IMG/VR virus record: IMGVR_UViG_3300048837_000350
Location: 1 to 56,972 of that record
Strand: one strand, 5' to 3'
Source of the DNA: a virus
Taxonomy: Duplodnaviria > Caudoviricetes
Length of the DNA: 56,972 nucleotides
Part shown: positions 43,263-53,600 of the stretch, in pieces
Numbering within the stretch: position 1 is the stretch's first letter
Layout: every line of letters begins with the position of its first letter
Program-made: the position numbers and the translations under genes
Notes under the pieces: model-generated
Told to the model about the DNA's origin: nothing
The model's database searches: none
Seen by the model: only the letters and a program-made list of their open reading frames with translations

Positions 43263-44828
43263 ATGGACGAGCTTCTCAAGCGACTAGCCGAGATCCGCAC
43301 ACGAGCGCAAGAGCTTCGTGGTGTTGAACTAACCGACGAGGTTCTGGCTGAAATCAAGGCACTCGCTGCCGAGCAGGACACTATCAACGAGAAGGTTGCA
43401 GCGCTCCAGAGCGTTGAAGCTCTCGCTGCAGAGCCTGAAGAGGCTCCTGCCGAGGAGACTCCCGCCGAGGAAGCTCCAAAGGAAGATGCTCCTGCAGAGG
43501 AGGCTCCGAAGGAAGAGCCTGCCGAGGAGCTAGCGCTTGCTGCTTCCGCTGGTATCGTTGACGAGGCTCCAGCCGAGCCTGCCGCTCCACGATCTGTCTT
43601 CATGGCTTCTGCTTCGTCTGGTCTTCCCAGCGCTGGTAGCGAGCTTGACTACGCTGGTGTCGTTGACATCGCTGGCCGAGCTTTCAAGGCAGACGCTGGA
43701 TCAGAGGTTCGCTACGCACAAATCAAGAATACTGCCACTGGCGGTGTTGTTGGTTCGCGACATGGCGCTCTCGAGAATACTCGCACGATGCTCGCTGCTC
43801 GCCCAGATGGCTCGCTGCAGGCGATGACTGCTGCAGCTTGTTTCTGCTCGCAGGAGGATTTCATCCGCGAGATCATGAGTCCTCTGCAGGCTGGTCGGCC
43901 ATTCGCTGACTTGTTCGGCAAGGTTGATGTGACTGGACGATTCAAGTATGTACGCGGCCTCGCACTCAGCGTTGTTGATCCCGGCGTTGGCCAGTGGACT
44001 TGTGTTGAGCAAGAGGATGTAGAGTTTGACAATGCGGCTACTTGGAAGCCTTGTGTTGATCTTCCTTGTCAGGACGATGTCAGCGTTGAGCCTTACGCGA
44101 TCTACGCTTGTGGCAACGTCACTACGTTCCAGCAGGTTAGCTCTCCCGAGCTTATCGAGAACTTCCTCTACACCATGGGCGTACTGTACGACCGTGTTGC
44201 TGAGACTCTCCTGCTTGACGCGTTCGTTGCTTCCAGCAATGTGTTCACGTACACGCTTGCCGCTAAGGGTATCCTGCATACTCTGACTCGCATCCTGTCT
44301 GCACTGCCTGCAGTGTCTAGCTATGGTAACCGCGCTCCTTGGGGCGGGTACACTCTGGCTCTTCCTCCGGGCTTGATCGAGACTCTGATTGGCGATGAGC
44401 ATCTTCGTGGCTTCACTCGCAACGCGACTCGCGAGGATGTCCTCTCCGCGCTTCGCTCACTGGGTGTCGGTAACGTAGTTGAGTTGCTTGACGTTGATAC
44501 TGCTGCGATTGGCAACTACACTGCTGCTATTGCCGCTCTTGGCGCTCTTGGAAATCCGGGGCAAGCGTTTGTTTTCGGAACGAATGATGTTGTCGAGTTC
44601 CCTGTATACCTCGTTCCTACCGAGGCTTACCGAATGGGTCAGCGAGACATTGTTGACGCTGGCTGGTACCGCGATGGTACTCTCGTTCAGCAGAACGCTG
44701 TTCGCTGGTTCATGGAGTCCATGGAGTTCCTTGAGAAGATGACGGACATTCCGTCCTACACTCTGCGAATCACTGGCTGCGCGAATGGTGGACAGGCTGC
44801 TCTTACTGAGCCAGAAGCTTGCTCATAG
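43263..44828 (+). CDS. major capsid protein (hexamer-type) with N-terminal scaffold-like domain
   Basis: Follows the protease; coiled coil plus EEAPA linker, then a capsid-sized domain (TAAACFCS..., WKPCVDLPC). Confidence 0.75.
   Translation: MDELLKRLAEIRTRAQELRGVELTDEVLAEIKALAAEQDTINEKVAALQSVEALAAEPEEAPAEETPAEEAPKEDAPAEEAPKEEPAEELALAASAGIVDEAPAEPAAPRSVFMASASSGLPSAGSELDYAGVVDIAGRAFKADAGSEVRYAQIKNTATGGVVGSRHGALENTRTMLAARPDGSLQAMTAAACFCSQEDFIREIMSPLQAGRPFADLFGKVDVTGRFKYVRGLALSVVDPGVGQWTCVEQEDVEFDNAATWKPCVDLPCQDDVSVEPYAIYACGNVTTFQQVSSPELIENFLYTMGVLYDRVAETLLLDAFVASSNVFTYTLAAKGILHTLTRILSALPAVSSYGNRAPWGGYTLALPPGLIETLIGDEHLRGFTRNATREDVLSALRSLGVGNVVELLDVDTAAIGNYTAAIAALGALGNPGQAFVFGTNDVVEFPVYLVPTEAYRMGQRDIVDAGWYRDGTLVQQNAVRWFMESMEFLEKMTDIPSYTLRITGCANGGQAALTEPEACS
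43431..43530 (+). repeat. degenerate 15-nt tandem repeat encoding an EE(A/T)P(A/K) linker
   Basis: EPEEAPAEETPAEEAPKEDAPAEEAPKEEPAEE. Confidence 0.8.
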
Positions 44829-44868
44829 CACGTACTGGCTCTCGTCTAATACTTTGAGAGGCTTTTGA

Positions 44869-45657
44869 GTGCTAACTCTTCCACTACCACAGCGACCTAG
44901 TACCTATCAGCCGGGCGGCATTATCGCAGCCGCCCGGCCTTTGGGTGTTTCTGTTGACGAGTGGCGTCAGGGCATTAGTCTTCGCAAGAGTTGCGTGACC
45001 GGCTCTACTGCCGGAGGATGTAGCCGTCCTTCATTCTTGCCTGTTCAGGATCTTGATGGTGACGCGGTTTTCGAGCCGTTCAATATCAATACTGGAGCGA
45101 GGGTTTGCGATCCCTTGTCTGGCGATGATATTCGTCTTGCTGCTGAGAATGATGCGATTAAGGCTGCTGGATCTAATATCGCTTCGGCGCTTACCCAGTC
45201 TCCTATGGGTAGCCCTGATATTGAGAATGATTCGATTGACATCACTCCTCTTGCTCCTAGCGGGTTTGCCGCGACGATGCAGGGATTGATTGAGCAGATG
45301 GTTTCGTGCGGTCAGCATGAGATTGTTTTCCATGTTCCTGCTGGCTATGAAATGTACCTACTTAGCAATGACCTTATTGAGTGGGACGCGGTTAGTGGTA
45401 CGTATCACGCTGGCCCTCATCTTGTGATTGTTGATGAGTATCTGAATGTTGGCCCAGCGCTTGCTCCTCCTCCAGTGGTTGATGGTAGTCAGGTCTGGAT
45501 TCATGCTACTGGACCTATCTATCTTGAAATGGATGAGGTGAAGATCGTTGAGCATACTGTTCAGCCCGCGAATACGACTGCGATTGGTTCGGAGCGCTTG
45601 GTGCTTCTAGCTTTTGATCCTTGCTGCATGTTCTCGGCCGTTGCGCAGGTGTGCTAA
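44869..45657 (+). CDS. second capsid protein (putative pentamer-type)
   Basis: 262 aa directly after the MCP; W.QGI....C, F.PF, WIHATGP, ER..L.AFDPC. Confidence 0.55.
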   Translation: MLTLPLPQRPSTYQPGGIIAAARPLGVSVDEWRQGISLRKSCVTGSTAGGCSRPSFLPVQDLDGDAVFEPFNINTGARVCDPLSGDDIRLAAENDAIKAAGSNIASALTQSPMGSPDIENDSIDITPLAPSGFAATMQGLIEQMVSCGQHEIVFHVPAGYEMYLLSNDLIEWDAVSGTYHAGPHLVIVDEYLNVGPALAPPPVVDGSQVWIHATGPIYLEMDEVKIVEHTVQPANTTAIGSERLVLLAFDPCCMFSAVAQVC

Positions 45658-46551
45658 ATGAGTCCGATTCCTCCAGATTGTAGTGACTGCTCTTGCAGTG
45701 GCGGTGGCGGCGGATGCTGTCCTGAAGTTGATGGCACTCCGGGCCAGTTCCTCGGCATTGATTCTTTGGGTGACAGTGCTTGGCTGACTGCTCCGTATAC
45801 GAGTTACGTGTACGACTCTTCAGAGCCTGCTACTGTCGGTAACGTCTTTAATGACTGGGCCGACTTGATGGTGGCTACGGCTGCTGTTGCTGGCCCTAAG
45901 ACGATTACGTTTAGGCAGGATGAGACTCTGCCTGTTGGTGCTTGGGATTTGACTGACATTTTCCTTGTTGGTAATGGTAACCCGTTTGCTATTAACGTGG
46001 AGTTCCCTACTGGTGTTACGGTCACTAGCTGGCTTAATGGTGGTATTGATAAGGGTATCCTTGCTTGGTCTTCTAGCACTGCTCCGATTATGACTATTGG
46101 TCCGGGCGGCGCTCTTGTGATTGCTGCTAATCAGGCGTCTGGCTTTTCTGCTACTACCGAGGTCTTCTTCGATGTTGATGGCGCGGCAAACATTTTTGTT
46201 GCTGGGCTTGTTAACGGCGGCACGCTGTGGAATGTGAACGCTGGTGTTCGCGGCGGGTATGAGGTTGTTCAGGTTGGGGCAGGGACTGTGTTTGCAGGGG
46301 TGTCCTTGAGTAATAACTCTCCGTCGATTGATGATGATACTTTGCGTGGCGCTGGTATGTTCGTGCGCCTAATACAAACTGTTGTGACAGACTTGACGCT
46401 AGGCGCTACTCAGACGAACTTAGCTGGTGGATTGTTTGACCAGTTCTTCACCAGCGCTGCCGCTCTTGCCTATGATCCTTCGACGTCTGGTGGCGTGTTG
46501 TCTTCTACAACTGTTCAGGCGGCTATTGATGAGTTGGCGGGTCTAGTGTAA
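45658..46551 (+). CDS. putative virion decoration/fibre protein
   Basis: CSDCSCSGGGGGCC N-terminus, beta-rich, ends STTVQAAIDELA. Confidence 0.5.
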   Translation: MSPIPPDCSDCSCSGGGGGCCPEVDGTPGQFLGIDSLGDSAWLTAPYTSYVYDSSEPATVGNVFNDWADLMVATAAVAGPKTITFRQDETLPVGAWDLTDIFLVGNGNPFAINVEFPTGVTVTSWLNGGIDKGILAWSSSTAPIMTIGPGGALVIAANQASGFSATTEVFFDVDGAANIFVAGLVNGGTLWNVNAGVRGGYEVVQVGAGTVFAGVSLSNNSPSIDDDTLRGAGMFVRLIQTVVTDLTLGATQTNLAGGLFDQFFTSAAALAYDPSTSGGVLSSTTVQAAIDELAGLV

Positions 46552-46745
46552 TGAGTCTTGGCGCTTATGATCAGTATGAGATTCTTGGGTATGACGTAGT
46601 GTCAGAATCTGGGGCTATCATCGCTGGACTGGTAGATCGTACTGCTGCGGAGCAGATTCAAGCCGCACAGGGTGGGACGATTATTGCTGTTCCTCGAGCT
46701 TTCGTTCATCGTGCCGCGTATGTGGCTCGTCAATCAAGTAACTAG
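46551..46745 (+). CDS. hypothetical protein
   Basis: TAATG coupling. Confidence 0.55.
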   Translation: MSLGAYDQYEILGYDVVSESGAIIAGLVDRTAAEQIQAAQGGTIIAVPRAFVHRAAYVARQSSN

Positions 46746-46756
46746 TTGGAGTACTT

Positions 46757-47083
46757 ATGGGTGTTTGGATTGCGCATTGGACTAAGAATGGTCCTCTTGT
46801 TAAAGACCGCGAGATTGTTCGCCTTGATGGTAGTGGATTGTCTACGCGTATTGTCGAGGATGTCGTCGTTGGCGATAAGCGCTTGAAGCCTACTAGCGCT
46901 AAGGGCGCTGATCATGCTGTGTTCAAGCACGATTCTGGCCTACTTGTCGCTCTCAAGGCTGGTCACGCGTATACGGTTCGTAGTGGTGATGCTGTGCTTG
47001 AGACTGATGTTCTAACAAAGCACACGCTCGTGCCAGCGCCCGGCCCTGATCCAGAGGTCACCGCTGTAGTAGTGGCGGCATAA
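46757..47083 (+). CDS. hypothetical protein
   Basis: GGAG SD, 108 aa. Confidence 0.6.
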   Translation: MGVWIAHWTKNGPLVKDREIVRLDGSGLSTRIVEDVVVGDKRLKPTSAKGADHAVFKHDSGLLVALKAGHAYTVRSGDAVLETDVLTKHTLVPAPGPDPEVTAVVVAA

Positions 47084-47085
47084 TA
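47077..47085 (+). promoter_or_regulatory. late-promoter motif GGCATAATA
   Basis: Upstream of the major tail gene; overlaps the upstream stop codon. Confidence 0.6.
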
Positions 47086-47122
47086 CTAAGCGATCAAACA
47101 CTAATAAGGACGATCTTATACC

Positions 47123-47821
47123 ATGCCTGAGATTTGTATTCCCGCTGGCTGCGTAGACATTGTACGATTCTTCGCTATCGACCAATGTACTGACGCGCCT
47201 ATCGCTGGTGCCAACGCTATCGTGCAGGGAGGCGTTGTTGCTTTCACTGCTACCCCACAGATCGAAGAGGGCGAGTCTAACGTCGTCCGTACTGCTTGTG
47301 GCGCTATCTGCGCTCGAGATAAGCAGTGTGACGATCTGAATGGCTACGAGCTTGAGATCCAGATTTGCAACCCACACTACGAGCTTCAGACTCTATTGAC
47401 TGGACAGTCTGGGATTGTTGACACTGAGAGCTTGAACACTATTGGTGTTCTTCAGGACACTGGTGTTGTCTGCTCTCCTTATGTTGGTGTTGAAGTCTTC
47501 GAGCGAATCCCACGCGAAGAGTGTGTTTCGATTGGTGATATCAGCCCATACTACCGTCGCCGAATCTGGGGCAAGGTTCGCTTCGGCCCCGCTCCGACTG
47601 AAGAGCGCGAGGGTACTATCCGCACGCTGACTTGGAGTGGCATGAGTGTTCCTGCTCGAGTCGCTGGTTATGCTGATGGCCCGTTCAACGATCTCGCTCC
47701 AGACCTTGCTGTTGCGTTCCCCGGAGTGTCTCGCTTCGATCACGCAGAGCTACTCGACTTGAGTGTTCTCACTCCAATCACTGGACTGTGTGGTCGCCAG
47801 ACTGTTCCCGCACAAGCCTAG
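47123..47821 (+). CDS. major tail protein
   Basis: 232 aa; R...ID.C..P, EEGE...R.ACG.IC, LEI..C..H.EL..LLTG, DGPFN. Confidence 0.7.
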   Translation: MPEICIPAGCVDIVRFFAIDQCTDAPIAGANAIVQGGVVAFTATPQIEEGESNVVRTACGAICARDKQCDDLNGYELEIQICNPHYELQTLLTGQSGIVDTESLNTIGVLQDTGVVCSPYVGVEVFERIPREECVSIGDISPYYRRRIWGKVRFGPAPTEEREGTIRTLTWSGMSVPARVAGYADGPFNDLAPDLAVAFPGVSRFDHAELLDLSVLTPITGLCGRQTVPAQA

Positions 47822-47841
47822 TACCACTCGCGCATAAAGTT

Positions 47842-47880
47842 CAAAGGCCGCTCCTACGCTCCGGGGGCGGCCTTTGTGTT
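47842..47880 (+). terminator. hairpin terminator
   Basis: CAAAGGCCGCTCC-loop-GGGGCGGCCTTTG-TGTT. Confidence 0.7.
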
Positions 47881-47889
47881 GGCATCATA
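47881..47889 (+). promoter_or_regulatory. late-promoter motif GGCATCATA
   Basis: Directly after the hairpin. Confidence 0.6.
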
Positions 47890-47913
47890 TAGGGAGACTA
47901 ACGGTGGTGTTTT

Positions 47914-48654
47914 GTGGCTTATGAAGACCCTTTTGTAGTATGCGCTCCGTGGATTGATGTCGCTGATTTGTGCGAGATCCCCACGGATGAGACTGACTGC
48001 AATGGCGTCGTAGTCCCACTCGTGTATCCAGACTCGATTACTGACATGATTGAGGCTGTCAGCAATATCCTGTTCGGACTCACGTGCTATCGCTATCCGG
48101 GTATCTGTACGACTCTGATCTACCCGTGCGTTGATTGTGCGTGTGGTTGCCATCCGTGTTCTTGTGGACGCTTTGATGCTATCGACCTTGCAGAGCTTCC
48201 ATATCCTGTGCAGAGTGTCGTAGAGGTACTCATTGATGGTGTCGCTGTGAATCCTGCTGAGTACACGATTAAGCATAATCGTTACCTCGTGAAGCTTAGT
48301 GGAGATAGGTGGCCTACTTGTAATGCGATGGACTTGCCAGACTCAAGCTCGAGTACTCTCACGGTTGAGGTTGAGTATGGGCGCACTCCTCCGATAGAGC
48401 TACGCATGGGTGCGGCTCGTCTTGTTGAAGAGTTGTACAAGGCTTGTAATCAGAGTCCGTGTGATTTGCCGAGTAATGTGACGAAGGTCACTAGGCGTGG
48501 AATCGACTTTGACATGACGCCGCTCACACAGCTTATGGAGTCTGGGAAGACTGGTATCGACATCCTTGACTATGCTCTCAAGAAGTATGGGAAGTGTAAC
48601 AAGATGTGGGGCTATGATCCTTCTGTGAAGCAGTCGTACTATAGGGCACCGTAA
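47914..48654 (+). CDS. head-to-tail adaptor protein
   Basis: C.CGC..CSC, V.SVVEVLIDG, WP.C, YG..PP, EL.KAC...C.LP.NVT.VTR.GI, TGI..D. Confidence 0.7.
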   Translation: MAYEDPFVVCAPWIDVADLCEIPTDETDCNGVVVPLVYPDSITDMIEAVSNILFGLTCYRYPGICTTLIYPCVDCACGCHPCSCGRFDAIDLAELPYPVQSVVEVLIDGVAVNPAEYTIKHNRYLVKLSGDRWPTCNAMDLPDSSSSTLTVEVEYGRTPPIELRMGAARLVEELYKACNQSPCDLPSNVTKVTRRGIDFDMTPLTQLMESGKTGIDILDYALKKYGKCNKMWGYDPSVKQSYYRAP

Positions 48655-49121
48655 TGACTCTTGTTGATGTTCTTGACGCGACGCTTGATGAGGCGATTCG
48701 CTGTATTGGTAACACGTCGTGCGAGTATGTCGCGAGTGTAGTTCTTGGCCCTCCTCCAGAGGGCTGCAATATGTTGACTGCGTACTACGCGAATAGCAAT
48801 GTGCGCGAGTCTCTGCCGGGGTGTAACCATACGATTGATTCGACTATCGTCGTGCAGTTGACTCGCTGCTGCGCTCATGATGCTCAGGAAGATTTTGATT
48901 GGGTGGCTGAAGCTCGAGAAGCTGCGTGTTGGCACCGAGATTTCTGGCAGCTACTAGCGTGCTTGAGTTGTACGATTCAGGGCGTACTCGAGCCGTGGGT
49001 CACGTCGTGTGACAGTATCACGATTGATGCTAACGCTCCGCACGAGCGCGAGGGTGGATGCTACTCTGGATATATCTATATCTCATATAAGACTGCTCCG
49101 TGCTGCCCTGACTTTGCGTAG
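48654..49121 (+). CDS. Cys-rich neck/tail-terminator-like protein
   Basis: Position after the adaptor; RCC, EGGC. Confidence 0.5.
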   Translation: MTLVDVLDATLDEAIRCIGNTSCEYVASVVLGPPPEGCNMLTAYYANSNVRESLPGCNHTIDSTIVVQLTRCCAHDAQEDFDWVAEAREAACWHRDFWQLLACLSCTIQGVLEPWVTSCDSITIDANAPHEREGGCYSGYIYISYKTAPCCPDFA

Positions 49122-49131
49122 GTGATTGGCT

Positions 49132-49857
49132 ATGGCTAGGTCTAAGGTTCGCATTGATACTGAGAAGCAGATACTGACGAAGAACTATCGTCCGGGGCAA
49201 GTGCTTGCCGTCATGTCTAAGGACATTGAGAAGCGTGCGGTGAGGCTCGCGCGTACGAATAATGGTAGAGGCTGGGCTTACGATGATCCAGAGAATAATG
49301 TGCGTGGATTCAGTCGCGGTATCACCACTCCTAATGGGCGCTACGCTGCTGGCATTAAGTACAAGCCGGGTAGTGGCGCTCGACCACGAATGGAGTTGAT
49401 AGCTACCGCGAAGCACTCCCAGTATGTTGAGTTTGGTAATGGCCAGAAGGATATTAGGCCCAATCAGAGCTTCAGAAATAAAGCGCTGGCTCCACTGCTG
49501 AAGAAGGCGAGAGAGAACAAGAAGATATACGAAGCTCGCAAGGCTCGTGAAGAGTACATTATTGACAATGGAAAAGGTGAGGCTGTTAAGAACGCGGAGG
49601 ATCGGCTAAGAAAGCTTGAGGATCATTACAAAAAGTGGCTCAAGGATCTTGCGATTAAGAAGAACGCCATCCGCAAGGCTAGGTTCGTACTCAATACTCC
49701 CAACGGGATTGTTGCCCCAGACCGTGTTCGCCCCATGGGTAAGGGTAAGGTTCCCAGTGAAGCGGAGGTTGGCGGGTATGGCACGATTAACCGTGCGATG
49801 CGTACTGCCGTGAAGGAAGCTCGCAGGGATATCAATAGGCGTCGTAGATCGGCATAA
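49132..49857 (+). CDS. HK97 gp10-like neck protein with basic insertion
   Basis: A.HS.YVEFG motif, position in the module. Confidence 0.5.
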   Translation: MARSKVRIDTEKQILTKNYRPGQVLAVMSKDIEKRAVRLARTNNGRGWAYDDPENNVRGFSRGITTPNGRYAAGIKYKPGSGARPRMELIATAKHSQYVEFGNGQKDIRPNQSFRNKALAPLLKKARENKKIYEARKAREEYIIDNGKGEAVKNAEDRLRKLEDHYKKWLKDLAIKKNAIRKARFVLNTPNGIVAPDRVRPMGKGKVPSEAEVGGYGTINRAMRTAVKEARRDINRRRRSA

Positions 49858-49859
49858 TA
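49851..49859 (+). promoter_or_regulatory. late-promoter motif GGCATAATA
   Basis: Upstream of the tail chaperone; overlaps the upstream stop codon. Confidence 0.6.
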
Positions 49860-49894
49860 GCCCGCGTTACGAATCCGAGTCTAGGAGCAATACG

Positions 49895-50248
49895 TTGGCT
49901 ACAGCCACTAAGAAGCGCATCATTGGCGGAGAGGCTTTCGCGGCCCTGCAGGAGCGCAAGAAGAAGACTGGTCAAGAGCAAGTCGTACTCGAGATTGGTG
50001 GACACGACTTCACTGTCAAGAGCTTCGTTCCAGCCGCTGTAATGATCGACATGATCCACTACGCTAACGAGGCTGATCTTCGCGGCGCTCTCGACGCGCT
50101 CGCTAAGGCGTTTGTTGATGAGGATCAGGAGAAGCTGCTAGCGATTCTCGGATCAGACTCAGACGTTCCGGTCGATATGGAGTACGTCGCAGACCTCATC
50201 GGTGTACTCGCCGAAGAGTTGACTGATCGCCCTTTAGAGAAAGAGTAG
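49895..50248 (+). CDS. tail assembly chaperone (G)
   Basis: AGGAG SD, precedes the tape measure gene, slippery site near its end. Confidence 0.8.
   Translation: MATATKKRIIGGEAFAALQERKKKTGQEQVVLEIGGHDFTVKSFVPAAVMIDMIHYANEADLRGALDALAKAFVDEDQEKLLAILGSDSDVPVDMEYVADLIGVLAEELTDRPLEKE
50230..50236 (+). other. -1 programmed ribosomal frameshift site C CCT TTA
   Basis: X XXY YYZ in the correct phase; -1 frame open to 50586; GAGTAG/CTACTC hairpin just downstream. Confidence 0.85.
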
Positions 50249-50586
50249 TACTCTACTCAGTCCTCGTTGATAACTATGCGAGGATCGAGGGGCACTACCC
50301 TACTATCGAGGATCTACTCGACTTATCTAGTCGCCGTGTTTTCAATCTAGTGTTCAACTGGATTTGGGAGAACGTGGACTCTGAGACTTTCGATAAGAAC
50401 TTTGCTGCGCATTTTGATGCGTATCGTCAAGAGCATCATGAGTATCTCGAGGATCGCGATGAGCGTATCAAGACTCAGGTGACTGGTGAGGCCGACATTA
50501 ACATTGTCGTGACGAAGCCTAGTCAGGAGGATGTTGACGAGCTTCTGAGGATGATGGGAGTGAAGCCTGCGGAGGAGTCTGAGTAG
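50230..50586 (+). CDS. tail assembly chaperone GT extension (frameshift product)
   Basis: -1 frame PFRERVVLYSVLVDNYARIEG...DLSSRRVFNLVFNW continues into the track ORF 50350-50586. Confidence 0.8.
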   Translation, partial: PFRERVVLYSVLVDNYARIEGHYPTIEDLLDLSSRRVFNLVFNWIWENVDSETFDKNFAAHFDAYRQEHHEYLEDRDERIKTQVTGEADINIVVTKPSQEDVDELLRMMGVKPAEESE

Positions 50587-50594
50587 GCATCATA
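50586..50594 (+). promoter_or_regulatory. late-promoter motif GGCATCATA
   Basis: 7 nt before ATG50602. Confidence 0.65.
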
Positions 50595-50601
50595 TAGTGT
50601 C

Positions 50602-53600
50602 ATGGCTGAGAAGATCGGAAACGTCAGCGTTGCCCTTATTCCTGAAGCGAATACCGCTCAGTGGAAGAAGGAAGTTCAGGCTGCCGTAAACAAGGTTGGG
50701 CCAGTCACCGTAGAGGTTCTTCCTGACGTTTCTCGTCCGGCGATGGTTAAGTTCAGAACCGTGCTTCAGGCGAAGCTCGACAAGATGAACTTCTATGTGA
50801 ACGTGACGCCGAAGATTAGCAAGGCTGCGCTTCGTAAGACTACGCGTGAACTGAACAAGTATTACAAGGAGAAGGATAACGCTCCCGGCGTTTACTTGAA
50901 TCCGCAGTTCCGCATGACTGATGTTCGTAAGAGCATCGTTGATCTCAATAAGAAGCTTGCTGCCGCTGGCAAGCCTACGATCTACATTGATGTCTCTACG
51001 AAGGAGGGGCTGGCTGCTCGTCAGGCAGAGGTTGCTGCGTTTCAGGCTCGTACGAGCGCGATGCAAGCCGCGACTATTGAGCGTACGAAGAATCGTGAAC
51101 TCAACGCAAATAGAATCGTTGCCGCCAATAAGATCGCGCTCCTAAAGCTTGAGCAACGCGAGCGTGAGCGTATCTCTGCGATAGTCAACAGGGGTCTTGA
51201 TGCTACTGGAATATCTAGGTATGAGGGTGCCGTTCTTCGTAGCCTGAAGGTTTTGACGAAGGCGTGGGCGGTTTACTCCGTATCGGCTACTGCTGCCGTA
51301 GCTGGTCTTTCGGCGTATGCGATCTACTCGTTCGCGCAACTTGAGGATTCAGCGAACATGGCTTCGCAGGTTTTTGCCAACAATATCGCTGGAGTATCTC
51401 GCCTCACTGCTGACGAGTTCGTCAAGGTTAATAGGGATATTCGAGCGCGTGTTCTTGTTGGCGCTGGTCAGATTGCTCGCGCCACTGCTTTCGATCTTGA
51501 GCAGGCTGCAGGTTCGATGAGGGCGCTGGCAGCTTCTGGTGTTGATCTTGAGGTTGCGCTTGGTAACTCTACGGACAAGATCAAGGGTCTTGGTCTTGTT
51601 GTCGCGCAGTTCGCTCAGGCCGCTGGGATTGAGGATCTTGAGCTTGCCACAGATAAGCTGATTGCCATACAGCAGCAGGCTGCTGCTGCCCCAGCGTTTA
51701 CTAGCGTGTATAAGACTCAGGCTGATCAGGTTCAGCGTGTCGCCGATCTTGTTATCCTCGCCTCGAACAAGGCGCTGGGTAATGCACAGCAACTATCTGA
51801 AGCTCTTGCTAATCGTGTTACCGGCCAGCTAGCTTCGATGAATAGGCCACTCGAGGAAGCGGTCACGTTGACTGCCGTCTTGTCGCAGTCAGGCTTGCTC
51901 GGTAAGCCCGGTGGTGAGCAAGCATCCATCATCATGCGCGACTTGGCTATTAAGGCCGAGAAGTTTAGGGAAGAGTTTAAGGCGCTTGGCGTTGAAGTTT
52001 TTGATCAGAATGGGAACATTCGTTCTGCTACTAGCCTGATTGACGAGTTGTCTAATAGTCTTGGCGGCATGAGTGATCAGGAGCGTGTTGCTGCTCTTGC
52101 AAGTGCTGGTATCACGCTTCGCTCTCAGGGTGTTTTCTCTCGCTTGATTGCTACGTCTACGGCGATTAGACGCGAGCAGGGGATGAGCCTTAAGGATATT
52201 GAGAACTCTTTGAAGCGTGATGCTGCTGGCGCTGTTGCTCGTCAGGCAGAAGCTCGCTTGGATACTCTGTCGATGCAGTGGCAGGCGTTCACCGAGTCTG
52301 TGAAGGTTACGTTCGCATTGTTTGGCGGCCGTGCCGGGGAGACTATCAAGGATTTCTTGAAGGAGATCAATGGCGATCTTGAGAGTGGCGGGGATAGCCC
52401 TCTATTTACCGCGCTCGAGTCTCAGATCACTAGACTGTCTAAGCGTCTTGACGCTTTTGTTAAGCGTGCGATTACTGTTCTTAAGAGTGATCAGTTTAGA
52501 GAGTTTGCAACAGACTTGGCAGAGTCTTTGATTCTTGCATCTAAGAGCTTGTTGACATTCTTCCAAGGCTTCGCAACAGGATTTACTGGGGTTGAGGTGG
52601 AGGGTAGCGATGCACTGAAAAGCATCGGCGATATTATCCGCTCTATTTCCGAGCGATTGCCTTCCCTATCACGTAGTGTCGGTGAGGCTTTTGGGAAGAT
52701 TGCTCGATTCATTAGCGAGAATCGTTCACTGTTGGCCAGCTTGGCTAAGGCTTGGCTAGCTATTGGCGCTGCCTCTTTCGTTGTGCGTAGAGCTATTGCT
52801 CCATTCGTATTCATATTCAATGCCGTACGATCTATTCTCGCAAAGTTTGGTGGAGCTAGCGGCCTACTGACCAAGCTTGGCATTGGCCTGAAGTTTGTTG
52901 CGCAGAACTTTAAGTTCGTATCTCAGTGGGCAGCGATCATTGTCGCTGCCATATCTGTTGTTGCCGGAGTTATCAAGGGTGTCTTTTCGGAGATAAGCAA
53001 GCAGAAAAGCGAGGCCGGTGGTTTCGTAAGATTCTGGCGGATGCTCAAGATTGTTCTTGATCCGATCAATGAAGCTATAACGTGGATTCTTAAGAAGCTG
53101 TTTAACCTTGGCGAGTTCCTAGGATCTGGCTTTGTCAAGGTTGTCAGTGGGGCGCTTGGTCTGCTCGCTGATTTGTTTGACGTCGCACTTCAGGGTCTTG
53201 GTGGAGTCTTTGACGCGATAGGCAAGTTGCCCAAGATGGAGTGGGCAGAGAAGGCAGCGAAGAGTATTGATGGCTTGCGCCGAGAACTGAATCGCGCCGG
53301 AGATCAATCTGTTGTTACTGCGGATAAGGTTGAGAGAAGCAGTAAGCGTATTCGCAAGGCTCTCGATGTTCAGCCTGTTGATATTAGGAAGGAGAATAGT
53401 AATCTCGATAAGCAGATTAGTGTTATCGAGAAGCGCTTAGAGGCTGGCAATCTCAGCAAGCAGGACATCTTTGCTTTGCAGCAGCGCCTGCAAGAGGTGG
53501 CGCTGAATGAGATTAAGATTTATGAGAAGCGCGATAAGCGCTTAGAGGGTCTTGCGAAGCGTCGTAAGGATTTGCTGGCAACTGTTTTTGCTGATGAGAA

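Noticed and set aside
43205-44402. Antisense ORFs (e.g. 43205-43603, 43701-44402) and other shadow ORFs in the track
   Set aside because: They lie fully opposite well-supported genes, lack an SD or motifs, and are expected from codon bias.
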